The translations under genes were made by a program, and so were the position numbers. A DNA stretch of 64,000 nucleotides from Eledone cirrhosa (lineage: Eukaryota), in the NCBI GenBank assembly GCA_964016885.1, contig OZ024748.1, positions 34,658,001-34,722,000 on the forward strand. The letters run 5' to 3'. Numbering within the stretch: the stretch's first letter is position 1; every line of letters begins with the position of its first letter. Below are positions 1 to 15,000 of the stretch, piece by piece. A model generated the notes under the pieces. It searched no databases and was not told the origin of the DNA. It was given only the letters and a program-made list of their open reading frames with translations.

Positions 1-3000
1 GGTGGTGTGATGGTGGTGGTGGTGATAGTTGTTGTTGGTGGTGTGATGGTGATGGTGATAGTTGTTGGTGGTGGTGGGGTGATGGTGGTAGTGGTGATAG
101 TTGTTGTGGTGGTGTGATGGTGGTGGTTGTGATAGTTGTTGGTGGTGGTGGTGTGATGGTGGTAGTGGTGATAGTTGTTGATGGTGTGATGGTGGTGGTG
201 GTGATAGTTGTTGTTGGTGGTGTGATGGTGATGGTGATAGTTGTTGGTGGTGGTGGGGTGATGGTGGTGGTGGTGATAGTTGTTGATGGTGGTGTGATGG
301 TGGTGGTGGTGATGATAGTTGGTGGTGGTGGGGTGATGGTGGTGGTGGTGGTAGTTGTTGTTGGTGGTGTGATGGTGGTGGTGGTGATAGTTGTTGTTGG
401 TGGTGTGATGGTGGTGGTGGTGATAGTTGTTGGTGGTGGGGTGATGGTGGTGGTGGTGATAGTTGTTGTTGCTGGTGGGGTGATGGTGGTGGTGGTGGTG
501 TTAGTTGTTGGTGGTGTGATGGTGGTGGTGGTGATAGTTGTTGTTGTTGGTGGTGTGATGGTGGTGGTGGTGATAGTTGTTGTTGGTGGTGTGATGGTGG
601 TGGTGGTGATAGTTGTTGTTGGTGTGATGGTGGTGGTGGTGATAGTTGTTGTTGGTGGTGTGATGGTGGTGGTGGTGATAGTTGTTGTTGTTGGTGGTGT
701 GATGGTGGTGGTGATAGTTGTTGGTGGTGGTCGTGTGATGGTGGTAGTGGTGATAGTTGTTGTTGGTGGTGTGATGGTGGTGGTGATAGTTGTTGGTGGT
801 GGTGTGATGGTGGTGGTGGTGATAGTTGTTGGTGGTGGTGGTGTGATGGTGGTGGTGGTGATAGTTGTTGTTGGTGTTGTGATGGTGGTGGTGGTGATAG
901 TTGTTGGTGGTGGTGTGATGGTGGTGGTGGTGATAGTTGTTGTTGGTGGTGGGGTGATGGTGGTAGTGGTGATAGTTGTTGTTGATGGTGTGATGGTGGT
1001 AGTCGTGATAGTTGTTGGTGGTGGTGGTGTGATGGTGGTGGTGGTGATAGTTGTTGTTGGTGGTGTGATGGTGGTGGTGATAGTTGTTGGTGGTGGTGTG
1101 ATGGTGGTGGTGGTGATAGTTGTTGGTGGTGGTGGTGTGATGGTGGTGGTGGTGATAGTTGTTGTTGGTGTTGTGATGGTGGTGGTGGTGATAGTTGTTG
1201 GTGGTGGTGTGATGGTGGTGGTCGTGATAGTTGTTGTTGGTGGTGTGATGGTGGTGGTGGTGATAGTTGTTGTTGGTGGTGGTGTGATGGTGGTGGTGGT
1301 GATAGTTGTTGTTGGTGGTGGTGTGATGGTGGTGGTGGTGATAGTTGTTTTTGGTGGTGTGATGGTGGTGGTGGTGATAGTTGTTGTTGTTGGTGGTGTG
1401 ATGGTGGTGGTGATAGTTGTTGGTGGTGGTCGTGTGATGGTGGTAGTGGTGATAGTTGTTGTGGTGGTGTGATGGTGGTGGTTGTGATAGTTGTTGGTGG
1501 TGGTGGTGTGATGGTGGTACTGGTGATAGTTGTTGATGGTGTGATGGTGGTGGTGGTGATAGTTGTTGATGGTGGTGTGATGGTGGTGGTGGTGATAGTT
1601 GTTGTTGGTGGTGTGATGGTGGTGGTGGTGATGATAGTTGGTGGTGGTGGGGTGATGGTGGTGGTGGTGATAGTTGTTGTTGGTGGTGTGATGGTGGTGG
1701 TGGTGATAGTTGTTGTTGGTGGCGTGATGGTGGTGGTGGTGATAGTTGTTGGTGGTGGGGTGATGGTGGTGGTGGTGATAGTTGTTGTTGCTGGTGGGGT
1801 GATGGTGGTGGTGGTGATAGTTGTTGGTGGTGGTTTGATGGTGGTGGTGGTGATAGTTGTTGGTGGTGGGGTGATGGTGGTGGTGGTGATAGTTGTTGTT
1901 GGTGGTGTGATGGTGGTGGTGGTGGTGATAGTTGTTGTTGGTGGTGTGATGGTGGTGATGGTGATAGTTGTTGTTGGTGGTGGTGTGATGGTGTTGGGGG
2001 TGATAGTTGTTGTTGGTGGTGTGATGGTGGCGGTGGTGATAGTTGTTGTTGGTGGTGTGATGGTGGTGATAGTTGTTGTTGGTGGTGTGATGGTGGTGGT
2101 GGTGTAGTTGTTGTTGGTGTGATGGTGGTGGTGGTGATAGTTGTTGTTGGTGGTGTGATGGTGGTGGTGATAGTTGTTGTTGGTGTGATGTTGGTGGTGG
2201 TGATAGTTGTTGGTGGTGGTGTGATGGTGGTGGTGGTGATAGTTGTTGTTGGTGTGATGGTGGTGGTGGTGATAGTTGTTGATGGTGGTGGTGTGATGGT
2301 GGTGGTGGTGATAGTTGTTGTTGGTGTGATGGTGGTGGTGGTGATAGTTGTTGTTGGTGGTGTGATGTTGGTGGTGGTGATAGTTGTTGATGGTGGTGTG
2401 ATGGTGGTGGTGGTGATAGTTGTTGTTGGTGTGATGGTGGTGGTGGTGATAGTTGTTGATGGTGGTGGTGTGATGGTGGTGGTGGTGATAGTTGTTGTTG
2501 GTGGTGTGATGGTGGTGGTGGTGATAGTTGTTGGTGGTGTTGGGGTGATGGTGGTGGTGGTGATAGTTGTTGTTGGTGGTGTGATGGTGGTGGTGGTGAT
2601 AGTTGTTGGTGGTGGTGGTGTGATGGTGGTGGTGGTGATAGTTGTTGTTGGTGGTGGTGTGATGGTGGTGGTGGTGATAGTTGTTGTTGGTGGTGGTGTG
2701 ATGGTGGTGGTGGTGATAGTTGTTGATGGTGTTTTGATGGTGGTGGTGGTGATAGTTGTTGTTGGTGGTGTGATGGTGGTGGTGGTGATAGTTGTTGTTG
2801 GTGGTGGTGTGATGGTGGTGGTGGTGATAGTTTTTGATGGTGGTGGTGTGATGGTGGTGGTGGTGATAGTTGTTGGTGGTGGTGGGGTGATGGTGGTGGT
2901 GGTGATAGTTGTTGTTGGTGGTGGTGTGATGGTGGTGGTGGTGATAGTTGTTGTTGGTGGTGTGATAGTGGTGGTGGTGATAGTTGTTGTTGGTGGTGGT

Positions 3001-6000
3001 GTGATGGTGGTGGTGGTGATAGTTTTTGATGGTGGTGGGATGATGGTGGTGGTGGTGATAGTTGTTGTTGGTAGTGGTGTGATGGTGGTGGTGGTGATAG
3101 TTGTTGTGGTGGTGTGATGGTGGTGGTGGTGATAGTTGTTGTGGTGGTGTGATGGTGGTGGTGGTGCTAGTTTTTGGTGGTGTGATGGTGGTGGTGGTGA
3201 TAGTTGTTGTTGGTGGTGGTGTGATGGTGGTGGTGGTGATAGTTGTTGATGGTGTTTTGATGGTGGTGGTGGTGATAGTTGTTGTTGGTGGTGTGATGGT
3301 GGTGGTGGTGATAGTTGTTGTTGGTGGTGGTGTGATGGTGGTGGTGGTGATAGTTTTTGATGGTGGTGGTGTGATGGTGGTGGTGGTGATAGTTGTTGGT
3401 GGTGGTGGGGTGATGGTGGTGGTGGTGATAGTTGTTGTTGGTGGTGGTGTGAAGGTGGTGGTGGTGATAGTTGTTGTTGGTGGTGTGATGGTGGTGGTGG
3501 TGATAGTTGTTGTTGGTGGTGGTGTGATGGTGGTGGTGGTGATAGTTTTTGATGGTGGTGGGATGATGGTGGTGGTGGTGATAGTTGTTGTTGGTGGTGG
3601 TGTGATGGTGGTGGTGGTGATAGTTGTTGTGGTGGTGTGATGGTGGTGGTGGTGATAGTTGTTGTTGGTGGTGTGATGGTGGTGGTGGTTACAGTTGTTC
3701 ATGGTGGTGGGGTGATGGTGGTGGTGGTGACAGTTGTTCATGATGGTGGGGTGATGGTGGTGGTGGTGATAGTTGTTGTTGGTGGTGGTGTGATGGTGGT
3801 GGTGGTGATAGTTGTTGATGGTGGTGGGGTGATGGTGGCGGTGGTGATAGATGTTGTTGGTGGTGGTGTGATGGTTGTGGTGATAGTTGTTGTTGGTAGT
3901 GTGATGGTGGTGGTGATGGTGATAGTTGCTGATGGTGGTGGGGTGATGGTGGTGGTGATAGTTTTGTTGGTGGTGGTGTGATGGTGGTGGTGGTGATAGT
4001 TGTTGTTGGTGGTGTGATGGTGGTGGTGGTGATAGTTTTGTTGGTGGTGTGATGGTGGTGGTGGTGATATTTTTTGGTGGTGGTGTGATGGTGGTGGTGG
4101 TGATAGTTTTGTTGGTGGTGTGATGGTGGTGGTGGTGATAGTTGTTGTTGGTGGTGGTGTGATGGTGGTGGTGGTGATAGTTGTTGTTGGTGGTGGTGTG
4201 ATGGTGGTGGTGTGATAGTTTTGTTGGTGGTGTGATAGTGGTGGGGATAGTTGTTGTTGGTAGTGTGATGGTGGTGGTGGTGATAGTTGTTGTTGGTGGT
4301 GTGATGGTGGTGGTGGTGATAGTTGTTTTTGGTGGTGGGGTGATGGTGGTGGTGGTGATAGTTGTTGTAGGTGGTGTGATGGTGGTGGTGGTGATAGTTG
4401 TTGTTGGAGGTGGGGTGATGGTGGTGGTGGTGATAGTTGTTGTAGGTGGTGTGATGGTGGTGGTGGTGATAGTTGTTGTTGGTGGTGGTGTGATGGTGGT
4501 GGTGGTGATAGTTGTTGTTGGTGGTGGTGTGATGGTGGTGGTGGTGTTAGTTGTTGTTGGTGGTGGTGTGATGGTGGTGGTGGTGTTAGTTGTTGTTGGT
4601 GGTGGTGTGATGGTGCTGGTGGTGGTGATAGTTGTTGGTGGTGGTGGTGTGATGGTGGTGGTGGTGTTAGTTGTTGTTGGTGGTGTGATGGTGGTGGTGA
4701 TAGTTGTTGGTGGTGGTGGTGTGATGGTGGTGGTGGTGATAGTTGTTAGTGGTGGTGTGATGGTGGTGGTGGTGATAGTTGTTGTTGGTGGTGTGATGGT
4801 GGCGGCGTTGATAGTTGTTGTTGGTGGTGGTGTGATGGTGGTGGTGGTGATAGTTGTTGTAGGTGGTGTGATGGTGGTGGTGGTGATAGTTTTTGTTGGT
4901 GGTGGTGTGATGGTGGTGATGGTGTTAGTTTTTGTTGGTGGTGGTGTGATGGTGGTGGTGGTGTTAGTTGTTGTTGGTGGTGGTGTGATGGTGGTGGTGG
5001 TGGTGATAGTTGTTGTTGGTGGTGTGATGGTGGCGGTGGTGATAGTTGTTGTTGGTGGTGTGATGGTGGTGGTGGTGATAGTTGTTGTTGGTGGTGGTGT
5101 GATGGTGGTGGTGGTGTTAGTTGTTGTTGGTGGTGGTGTGATGGTGGTGGTGGTGTTAGTTGTTGTTGTTCGTGGTGTGATGGTGGTGGTGATAGTTGTT
5201 GTTGGTGGTGTGATGGTGGTGGTGGTGATAGTTGTTGTTGGTGGTGGTGTGATGGTGGTGGTGGTGATAGTTGTTGTTGGTGCTGGTGTGATGGTGGTGG
5301 TGGTGATAGTTGTTGTTGGTGGTGGTGTGATGGTGGTGGTGGTGATAGTTGTTGTTGGTGGTGTGATGGTGGTGGTGGTGATAGTTTTGTTGGTGGTGTG
5401 ATGGTGGTGGTGGTGATAGTTGTTGGTGGTGGTGTGATGGTGGTGGTGGTGATAGTTTTGTTGGTGGTGTGATGGTGGTGGTGGTGATAGTTGTTGTTGG
5501 TGGTCGTGTGATGGTGGTGGTGGTGATAGTTGTTGGTGGTGGTGGTGTGATGGTGGTGGTGGTGATAGTTGTTGGTGGTGGTGGGATGGTGGTGGTGGTG
5601 ATAGTTGTTGTTGGTGGTGTGATGGTGGCGGCGGTGATAGTTGTTGTTGGTGGTGTGATGGTGGTGGTGGTGATAGTTGTTGTTGGTGGTGGTGTGGTGG
5701 TGGTGGTGGTGTTAGTTGTTGTTGGTGGTGGTGTGATGGTGGTGGTGGTGTTAGTTGTTGTTGGTGGTGGTGTGATGGTGGTGGTGGTGATAGTTGTTGT
5801 TGGTGGTGTGATGGTGGCGGTGTTGATAGTTGTTGTTTGTGGTGTGATGGTGGTGGTGGTGATAGTTGTTGTTGGTGGTGGTGTGATGGTGGTGGTGGTG
5901 TTAGTTTTTGTTGGTGGTGGTGTGATGGTGACGGTGTTGATAGTTGTTGTTTGTGGTGTGATGGTGGTGGTGGTGATAGTTGTTGTTGGTGGTGGTGTGA

Positions 6001-9000
6001 TGGTGGTGGTGGTGTTAGTTGTTGTTGTTGGTGGTGTGATGGTGGTGGTGGTGTTAGTTGTTGTTGGTGGTGGTGTGATGGTGGTGGTGGTGATAGTTGT
6101 TGTTGGTGGTGTGATGGTGGCGGTGTTGATAGTTGTTGTTTGTGGTGTGATGGTGGTGGTGGTGATAGTTGTTGTTGGTGGTGGTGTGATGGTGGTGGTG
6201 GTGTTAGTTGTTGTTGGTGGTGGTGTGATGGTGGCGGTGTTGATAGTTGTTGTTTGTGGTGTGATGGTGGTGGTGGTGATAGTTGTTGTTGGTGGTGGTG
6301 TGATGGTGGTGGTGGTGATAGTTGTTGTTGGTGGTGGTGTGATGGTGGTGGTGGTGTTAGTTGTTGTTGGTGGTGGTGTGATGGTGGTGGTGGTGTTAGT
6401 TGTTGTTGGTGGTGGTGTGATGGTGGTGGTGGTGATAGTTGTTGTTGGTGGTGTGATGGTTGTGGTGGTGATAGTTGTTGTTGGTGGTGGTATGATGGTG
6501 GTGGTGGTGATAGTTGTTGTTGGTGCTGGTGTGATGGTGGTGGTGGTGATAGTTGTTGTTGGTGGTGGTGTGATGGTGGTGGTGGTGTTAGTTGTTGTTG
6601 GTGGTGGTGTGATGGTGGTGGTGGTGATAGTTGTTGTTGGTGCTGGTGTGATGGTGGTGGTGGTGATAGTTGTTGTTGGTGGTGGTGTGATGGTGGTGGT
6701 GGTGATAGTTGTTGTTGGTGGTGCTGTGATGGTGGTGGTGGTGTTAGTTGTTGTTGGTGGTGGTGTGATGGTGGTGGTGGTGATAGTTGTTGTTGGTGCT
6801 GGTGTGATGGTGGTGGTGGTGATAGTTGTTGTTGGTGGTGGTGTGATGGTGGTGGTGGTGTTAGTTGTTGTTGGTGGTGGTGTGATGGTGGTGGTGGTGA
6901 TAATTGTTGTTGGTGGTGGTGTGATGGTGGTGGTGGTGATAGTTGTTGTTGGTGGTGGTGTGATGGTGGTGGTGGTGTTAGTTGTTGTTGTTGGTGGTGT
7001 GATGGTGGCGGTGGTGATAGTTGTTGTTGGTGGTGTGATGGTGGTGGTGGTGATAGTTGTTGTTGTTGGTGGTGTGATGGTGGTGGTGGTGTTAGTTGTT
7101 GTTGGTGGTGGTGTGATGGTGGTGGTGGTGTTAGTTGTTGTTGGTGGTGGTGTGATGGTGGTGGTGCAGTTAGTTGTTGTTGGTGGTGGTGTGATGGTGG
7201 TGGTGGTGTTAGTTGTTGTTGGTGGTGGTGTGATGTTGGTGGTGGTGATAGTTGTTGTTGGTGGTGGTGTGATGGTGGTGGTGGTGTTAGTTGTTGTTGG
7301 TGGTGGTGTGATGGTGGTGGTGGTGATAGTTATTGTTGCTGGTGGTGTGATGGTGGTGGTGGTGTTAGTTGTTGTTGGTGGTGGTGTGATGGTGGTGGTG
7401 TTGTTAGTTGTTGTTGGCGGTGGTGTGATGGTGGTGGTGGTGATAGTTGTTGTTGGTGGTGGTGTGATGGTGGTGGTGGTGTTAGTTGTTGTTGGTGGTG
7501 GTGTGATGGTGGTGGTGGTGATAGTTGTTGTTGCTGGTGGTGTGATGGTGGTGGTGGTGTTAGTTGTTGTTGGTGGTGGTGTGATGGTGGTGGTGGTGAT
7601 AGTTGTTGTTGCTGGTGGTGTGATGGTGGTGGTGGTGTTAGTTGTTGTTGGTGGTGGTGTGATGGTTGTGGTGGTGTTAGTTGTTGTTGGTGGTGGTGTG
7701 ATGGTGGTGGTGGTGATAGTTGTTGTTGGTGGTGGTGTGATGGTGGTGGTGGAGTTAGTTGTTGTTGGTGGTGGTGTGATGGTGGTGGTGGTGTTAGTTG
7801 TTGTTGGTGGTGTGATGGTGGTGGTTGTGATAGTTGTTGTTGGTGGTGGTGTGATGGTGGTGGTGGTGTTAGTTGTTGTTGGTGGTGGTGTGATGGTGGT
7901 GGTGGTGTTAGTTGTTGTTAGTGGTGGTGTGATGGTGGTGGTGGTGGTGTTAGTTGTTGTTGGTGGTGGTGTGATGCTGGTGGTGGTGATAGTTGTTGTT
8001 GGTGGTGTGATGGTGGTGGTGGTGTTAGTTGTTGTTGGTGGTGGTGTGATGGTGGTGGTGGTGATAGTTGTTGTTGGTGGTGTGATGGTGGTGGTGGTGA
8101 TAGTTGTTGTTGGTGGTGGTGTGATGGTGGTGGTGGTGTTAGTTGTTGTTGGTGGTGGTGTGATGGTGGTGGTGGTGTTAGTTGTTGTTGGTGGTGTGAT
8201 GGTGGTGGTGGTGATAGTTGTTGTTGCTGGTGGGGTGATGGTGGTGGTGGTGATAGTTGTTGGTGGTGGTTTGATGGTGGTGGTGGTGATAGTTGTTGGT
8301 GGTGGTGTGATGTTGGTGGTGGTGATAGTTGTTGATGGTGGTGTGATGGTGGCGGCGGTGATAGTTGTTGTTGGTGGTGTGATGGTGGCGGCGGTGATAG
8401 TTGTTGTTGGTGGTGTGATGGTGGTGGTGGTGATAGTTGTTGTTGGTGGTGGTGTGATGGTGGTGGTGGTGTTAGTTGTTGTTGGTGGTGGTGTGATGGT
8501 GGTGATGGTGTTAGTTTTTGTTGGTGGTGGTGTGATGGTGGTGGTGGTGTTAGTTGTTGTTGGTGGTGGTGTGATGGTGGTGGTGGTGATAGTTGTTGTT
8601 GGTGGTGTGATGGTGGCGGTGGTGATAGTTGTTGTTGGTGGTGTGATGGTGGTGGTGGTGATAGTTGTTGTTGGTGGTGGTGTGATGGTGTTGGTGGTGT
8701 TAGTTGCTGTTGGTGGTGGTGTGATGGTGGTGGTGGTGATAGTTGTTGTTGTTGGTGGTGTGATGGTGTTGGTGATAGTTGTTGTTGGTGGTGTGATGGT
8801 GGTGGTGGTGATAGTTGTTGTTGGTGGTGGTGTGATGGTGTTGGTGGTGTTAGTTGCTGTTGGTGGTGGTGTGATGGTGGTAGTGGTGTTAGTTGTTGTT
8901 GTTGGTGGTGTGATGGTGGTGGTGATAGTTGTTGTTGGTGGTGTGATGGTGGTGGTGGTGATAGTTGTTGTTGGTGGTGGTGTGATGGTGGTGGTGGTGA

Positions 9001-12000
9001 TAGTTGTTGTTGGTGCTGGTGTGATGGTGGTGGTGGTGATAGTTGTTGTTGGTGGTGGTGTGATGGTGGTGGTGGTGATAGTTGTTGGTGGTGGTGGTGT
9101 GATGGTGGTGGTGGTGTTAGTTTTTGTTGGTGGTGGTGTGATGGTGGTGGTGGTGATGGTTGTTGTTGGTGCTGGTGTGATGGTGGTGGTGGTGGTGTTA
9201 GTTTTTGTTGGTGGTGGTGTGATGGTGGTGGTGGTGATAGTTGTTGTTGGTGGTGTGATGGTGGCGGTGGTGATAGTTGTTGTTGGTGGTGTGATGGTGG
9301 TGGTGGTGATAGTTGTTGTTGGTGGTGGTGTGATGGTGGTGGTGGTGTTAGTTGTTGTTGGTGGTGGTGTGATGGTGGTGGTGGTGTTAGTTGTTGTTGT
9401 TGGTGGTGTGATGGTGGTGGTGATAGTTGTTGTTGGTGGTGTGATGGTGGTGGTCGTGATAGTTGTTGTTGGTGGTGGTGTGATGGTGGTGGTGGTGATA
9501 GTTGTTGTTGGTGCTGGTGTGATGGTGGTGGTGGTGATAGTTGTTGTTGGTGGTGGTGTGATGGTGGTGGTGGTGATAGTTGTTGTTGGTGGTGTGATGG
9601 TGGTGGTGGTGATAGTTTTGTTGGTGGTGTGATGGTGGTGGTGGTGATAGTTGTTGGTGGTGGTGTGATGGTGGTGGTGGTGATAGTTTTGTTGGTGGTG
9701 TGATGGTGGTGGTGGTGATAGTTGTTGTTGGTGGTGGTGTGATGGTGGTGGTGGTGTTAGTTGTTGTTGTTGGTGGTGTGATGGTGGTGGTGGTGTTAGT
9801 TGTTGTTGGTGGTGGTGTGATGGTGGTGGTTGTGATAGTTGTTGTTGGTGGTGGTGTGATGGTGGTGGTGGTGTTAGTTGTTGTTGGTGGTGGTGTGATG
9901 GTGGTGGTGGTGTTAGTTGTTGTTGGTGGTGTGATGGTGGTGGTGGTGATAGTTGTTGTTGCTGGTGGGGTGATGTTGGTGGTGGTGATAGTTGTTGGTG
10001 GTGGTTTGATGGTGGTGGTGGTGATAGTTGTTGGTGGTGGTGTGATGGTGGTGGTGATGATAGTTGTTGGTGGTGGTGTGATGGTGGTGGTGGTGGTAGT
10101 TGTTGGTGGTGGGGTGATGTTGGTGCTGGTGATAGTTGTTGATGGTGGTGTGATGGTGGCGGCGGTGATAGTTGTTGTTGGTGGTGTGATGGTGGTGGTG
10201 GTGATAGTTGTTGTTGGTGGTGGTGTGATGGTGGTGGTGGTGTTAGTTGTTGTTGGTGGTGGTGTGATGGTGGTGATGGTGTTAGTTTTTGTTGGTGGTG
10301 GTGTGATGGTGGTGGTGGTGTTAGTTGTTGTTGGTGGTGTGATGGTGGTGGTGGTGATAGTTGTTGGTGGTGGTGTGATGGTGGTGGTGGTGATAGTTTT
10401 GTTGGTGGTGTGATGGTGGTGGTGGTGATAGTTGTTGTTGGTGGTGGTGTGATGGTGGTGGTGTGATAGTTTTGTTGGTGGTGTGATGGTGGTGGTGATA
10501 GTTGTTGTTGGTAGTGTGATGGTGGTGGTGGTGATAGTTGTTGGTGGTGGTGGGGTGATGGTGGTGGTGGTGATAGTTGTTGTTGGAGGTGGGGTGATGG
10601 TGGTGGTGGTGATAGTTGTTGTAGGTGGTGTGATGGTGGTGGTGGTGATAGTTGTTGGTGGTGGTGGTGTGATGGTGGTGGTGGTGTTAGTTGTTGTTGG
10701 TGGTGGTGTGATGGTGGTGGTGGTGATAGTTGTTGTTGGTGGTGGTGTGATGGTGCTGGTGGTGTTGATAGTTGTTGGTGGTGGTGGTGGTGTGATGGTG
10801 GTGGTGGTGTGATGGTGGTGGTGGTGATAGTTGTTGTTGGTGGTGGTGTGATGGTGGTGGTGGTGTTAGTTGTTGTTGGTGGTGGTGTGATGGTGGTGGT
10901 GGTGTTAGTTGTTGTTGGTGGTGGTGTGATGGTGCTGGTGGTGGTGATAGTTGTTGTTGGTGGTGGTGTGATGGTGGTGGTGGTGTTAGTTGTTGTTGGT
11001 GGTGGTGTGATGGTGGTGATGGTGTTAGTTGTTGTTGGTGGTGGTGTGATGGTGGTGTTAGTTGTTGTTGGTGGTGGTGTGATGGTGGTGGTGGTGATAG
11101 TTGTTGTTGCTGGTGGTGTGATGGTGGCGGTGGTGATAGTTGTTGTTGGTGGTAGTGTGATGGTGGTGGTGGTGTTAGTTGTTGTTGGTGGTGGTGTGAT
11201 GGTGGTGGTGGTGTTAGTTGTTGTTGGTGGTGGTGTGATGGTGGTGGTGGTGTTAGTTGTTGTTGGTGGTGGTGTGATGGTGGTGGTGGTGATAGTTGTT
11301 GTTGGTGGTGTGATGGTGGTGGTGGTGATAGTTGTTGTGGTGGTGGTGTGATGGTGGTGGTGGTGATAGTTGTTGTTGGTGCTGGTGTGATGGTGGTGGT
11401 GGTGATAGTTGTTGTTGGTGGTGGTGTGATGGTGGTGGTGGTGATAGTTGTTGTTGGTGCTGGTGTGATGGTGGTGGTGGTGATGGTTGTTGTTGGTGCT
11501 GGTGTGATGGTGGTGGTGGTGATAGTTGTTGTTGGTGCTGGTGTGATGGTGGTGGTGGTGTTAGTTGTTGTTGGTGCTGGTGTGATGGTGGTGGTGGTGA
11601 TAGTTGTTGCTGGTGGTGTGATGGTGGCGGCGGTGATAGTTGTTGTTGGTGGTGTGATGGTGGTGGTGGTGATAGTTGTTGTTGCTGGTGGTGTGATGGT
11701 GGTGGTGGTGTTAGTTGTTGTTGGTGGTGGTGTGATGGTGGTGGTGGTGTTAGTTGTTGTTGGTGGTGGTGTGATGGTGGTGGTGGTGTTAGTTGTTGTT
11801 GGTGGTGGTGTGATGGTGGTGGTGGTGATAGTTGTTGTTGGTGGTGGTGTGATGGTGGTGGTGGTGATAGTTGTTGCTGGTGGTGTGATGGTGGCGGTGG
11901 TGATAGTTGTTGTTGGTGGTGTGATGGTGGTGGTGGTGATAGTTTTATTGCTGGTGGTATGATGGTGGTGGTGGTGTTAGTTGTTGTTGGGGGTGGTGTG

Positions 12001-15000
12001 ATGGTGGTGGTGGTGTTAGTTGTTGTTGGCGGTGGTGTGATGGTGGTGATAGTTGTTGTTGGTGGTGGTGTGATGATGGTGGTGGTGATAGTTGTTGTTG
12101 CTGGTGGTGTGATGGTGGTGGTGGTGTTAGTTGTTGTTTGTGGTGGTGTGATGGTGGTGGTGGTGATAATTGTTGTTGCTGGTGGTGTGATGGTGGCGGT
12201 GGTGTTAGTTGTTGTTGGTGGTGGTGCGATGGTGGTGGTGGTGTTAGTTGTTGTTGGTGGTGTGATGGCGGTGGTGGTGATAGTTGTTGTTGGTGGTGGT
12301 GTGATGGTGGTGGTGGTGTTAGTTGTTGTTGGTGGTGGTGTGATGGTGGTGGTGGTGTTAGTTGTTGTTGGTGGTGGTGTGATGGTGGTGGTGGTGTTAG
12401 TTGTTGTTGGTGGTGGTGTGATGCTGGTGGTGGTGATAGTTGTTGTTGGTGGTGTGATGGTAGCGGTGGTGATAGTTGTTGTTGGTGGTGTGATGGTGGT
12501 GGTGGTGATAGTTGTTGTTGGTGGTGGTGTGATGGTGGTGGTGGTGTTAGTTGTTGTTGGTGGTGGTGTGATGGTGGTGGTGGTGTTAGTTGTTGTTGGT
12601 GGTGTGATTGTGGTGGTGGTGATAGTTGTTGTTGGTGGTGGTGTGATGGTGGTGGTGGTGATAGTTGTTGTTGGTGGTGTGATTGTGGTGGTGGTGATAG
12701 TTGTTGTTGGTGGTGGTGTGATGGTGGTGGTCGTGTTAGTTGTTGTTGGTGGTGGTGTGATGGTGGTGTTAGTTGTTGTTGGTGGTGTGATGGTGGTGGT
12801 GGTGATAGTTGTTGTTGGTGGTGGTGTGATGGTGGTGGTGGTGATAGTTGTTGGTGGTGGGGTGATGGTAGTGGTGGTGATAGTTGTTGTTGGTGGTGTG
12901 ATGGAGGTGGTGGTGATAGTTGTTGTTGGTGGGGTGATGGTGGTGGTGGTGATAGTTGTTGTTGGTGGTGTGATGGTGGTGGTGGTGATAGTTGTTGGTG
13001 GTGGGGTGATGGTGGTGGTGGTGATAGTTGTTGTTGGTGGTGTGATGGTGGTGGTGGTGATAGTTGTTGTTGGTGGTGTGATGGTGGTGGTGGTGATAGT
13101 TGTTGGTGGTGGGGTGATGGTGGTGGTGGTGATAGTTGTTGTTGGTGGGGTGATGGTGGTGGTGGTGATAGTTGTTGTTGGTGGGGTGATGGTGGTGGTG
13201 GTGATAGTTGTTGGTGGTGGGGTGATGGTGGTGGTGGTGATAGTTGTTGTTGGTGGTGTGATGGTGGTGGTGGTGATAGTTGTTGTTGGTGGTGTGATGG
13301 TGGCGGTGGTGATAGTTGTTGTTGGTGGTGTGATGGTGGTGGTGGTGATAGTTGTTGTTGGTGGTGGTGTGATGGTGGTGGTGGTGATAGTTGTTGGTGG
13401 TGGGGTGATGGTGGTGGTGGTGATAGTTGTTGTTGGTGGTGGTGTGATGGTGGTGGTGGTGATAGTTGTTGGTGGTGGGGTTATGGTGGTGGTGGTGATA
13501 GTTGTTGTTGGTGGTGTGATGGTGGCGGTGGTGATAGTTGTTTTTGGTGGTGTGATGGTGGTGGTGGTGATAGTTGTTGTTGGTGGTGGTGTGATGGTGG
13601 TGGTGGTGTTAGTTGATGTTGGTGGTGGTGTGATGGTGGTGGTGGTGTTAGTTGTTGTTGGTGGTGTGATGGTGGTGGTGGTGATAGTTGTTGTTGGTGG
13701 TGCAATGGTGGTGGTGGTGATAGTTGTTGTTGTTGGTGGTGTGATGGTGTTGGGGGTGATAGTTGTTGTTGGTGGTGGTGTGATGGTGGTGGTGGTGATA
13801 GTTGTTGTTGGTGGTGTGATGGTGGTGGTGGTGATAGTTGTTGTTGGTGGTGTGATGGTGGTGGTGGTGATAGTTGTTGTTGGTAGTGGTGTGATGGTGG
13901 TGGTGGTGATAGTTGTTGTTGGTGGTGTGATGGTGGTGGTGGTGATAGTTGTTGTTGGTGGTGTGATGGTGGTGGTGGTGATAGTTCTTGTTGGTGGTGG
14001 TGTGATGGTGGTGGTGGTGATAGTTGTTGGTGGTGGGGTGATGGTGGTGGTGGTGATAGTGGCTGTTGGTGGTGGTGTGATGGTGCTGGTGGTGATAGTT
14101 GTTGGTGGTGGTGTGATGGGGGTGGTGGTGATAGTTGTTGTTGTGCTGTGATGGTGGTGGTGGTGATAGTTGTTGGTGGTGGGGTGATGGTGGTGGTGGT
14201 GATAGTTGTTGTTGTTGGTGTGATGGTGGTGGTGGTGGTGGTGATAGTTGCTGTTGGTGGTGGTGTGATGGTGGTGGGGGTGATAGTTGTTGGTGGTGGG
14301 GTGATGGTGGTGGTGGTGATAGTTGCTGTTGGTGGTGTGATGGTGGTGGTGGTGATAGTTGTTGTTGTTGGTGGTATGATGGTGGTGGTGGTGATAGTTG
14401 TTGGTGGGGGTGTGATGGTGGTGGTGGTGTTAGTTGTTGTTGGTGGTGGTGTGATGGTGGTGGTGGTGATAGTTGTTGTTGGTGGTGGTGTGATGGTGGT
14501 GGTGGTGACAGTTGTTGTTGTTGGTGGGGTGATGGTGGTGGTGGTGATAGTTGTTGTGGTGGTGTGATGGTGGTGGTGGTGATAGATGTTGTTGATGGTG
14601 GGGTGATGGTGGTGGTGGTGATAGTTGTTGTGGTGGTGTGATGGTGGTGGTGGTGATAGTTGTTGTGGTGGTGTGATGGTGGTGGTGGTGATAGTTGTTG
14701 TGGTGGTGTGATGGTGGTGGTGGTGATAGTTGTTGTGGTGGTGTGATGGTGGTGGTGGTGATAGTTGTTTTTGGTGGTGTGATGGTGGTGGTGGTGATAG
14801 TTGTTGTTGGTGGTGTGATGGTGGTGGTGGTGATAGTTGTTGTGGTGGTGTGATGGTGGTGGTGGTGATAGTTGTTGTTGGTGGTGGGGTGATGGTGGTG
14901 GTGGTGATAGTTGTTGTTTGTGGTGTGATGGTGGTGGTGGTGATAGTTGTTGTGGTGGTGTGATGGTGGTGGTGGTGATAGTTGTTGTTGGTGGTGGGGT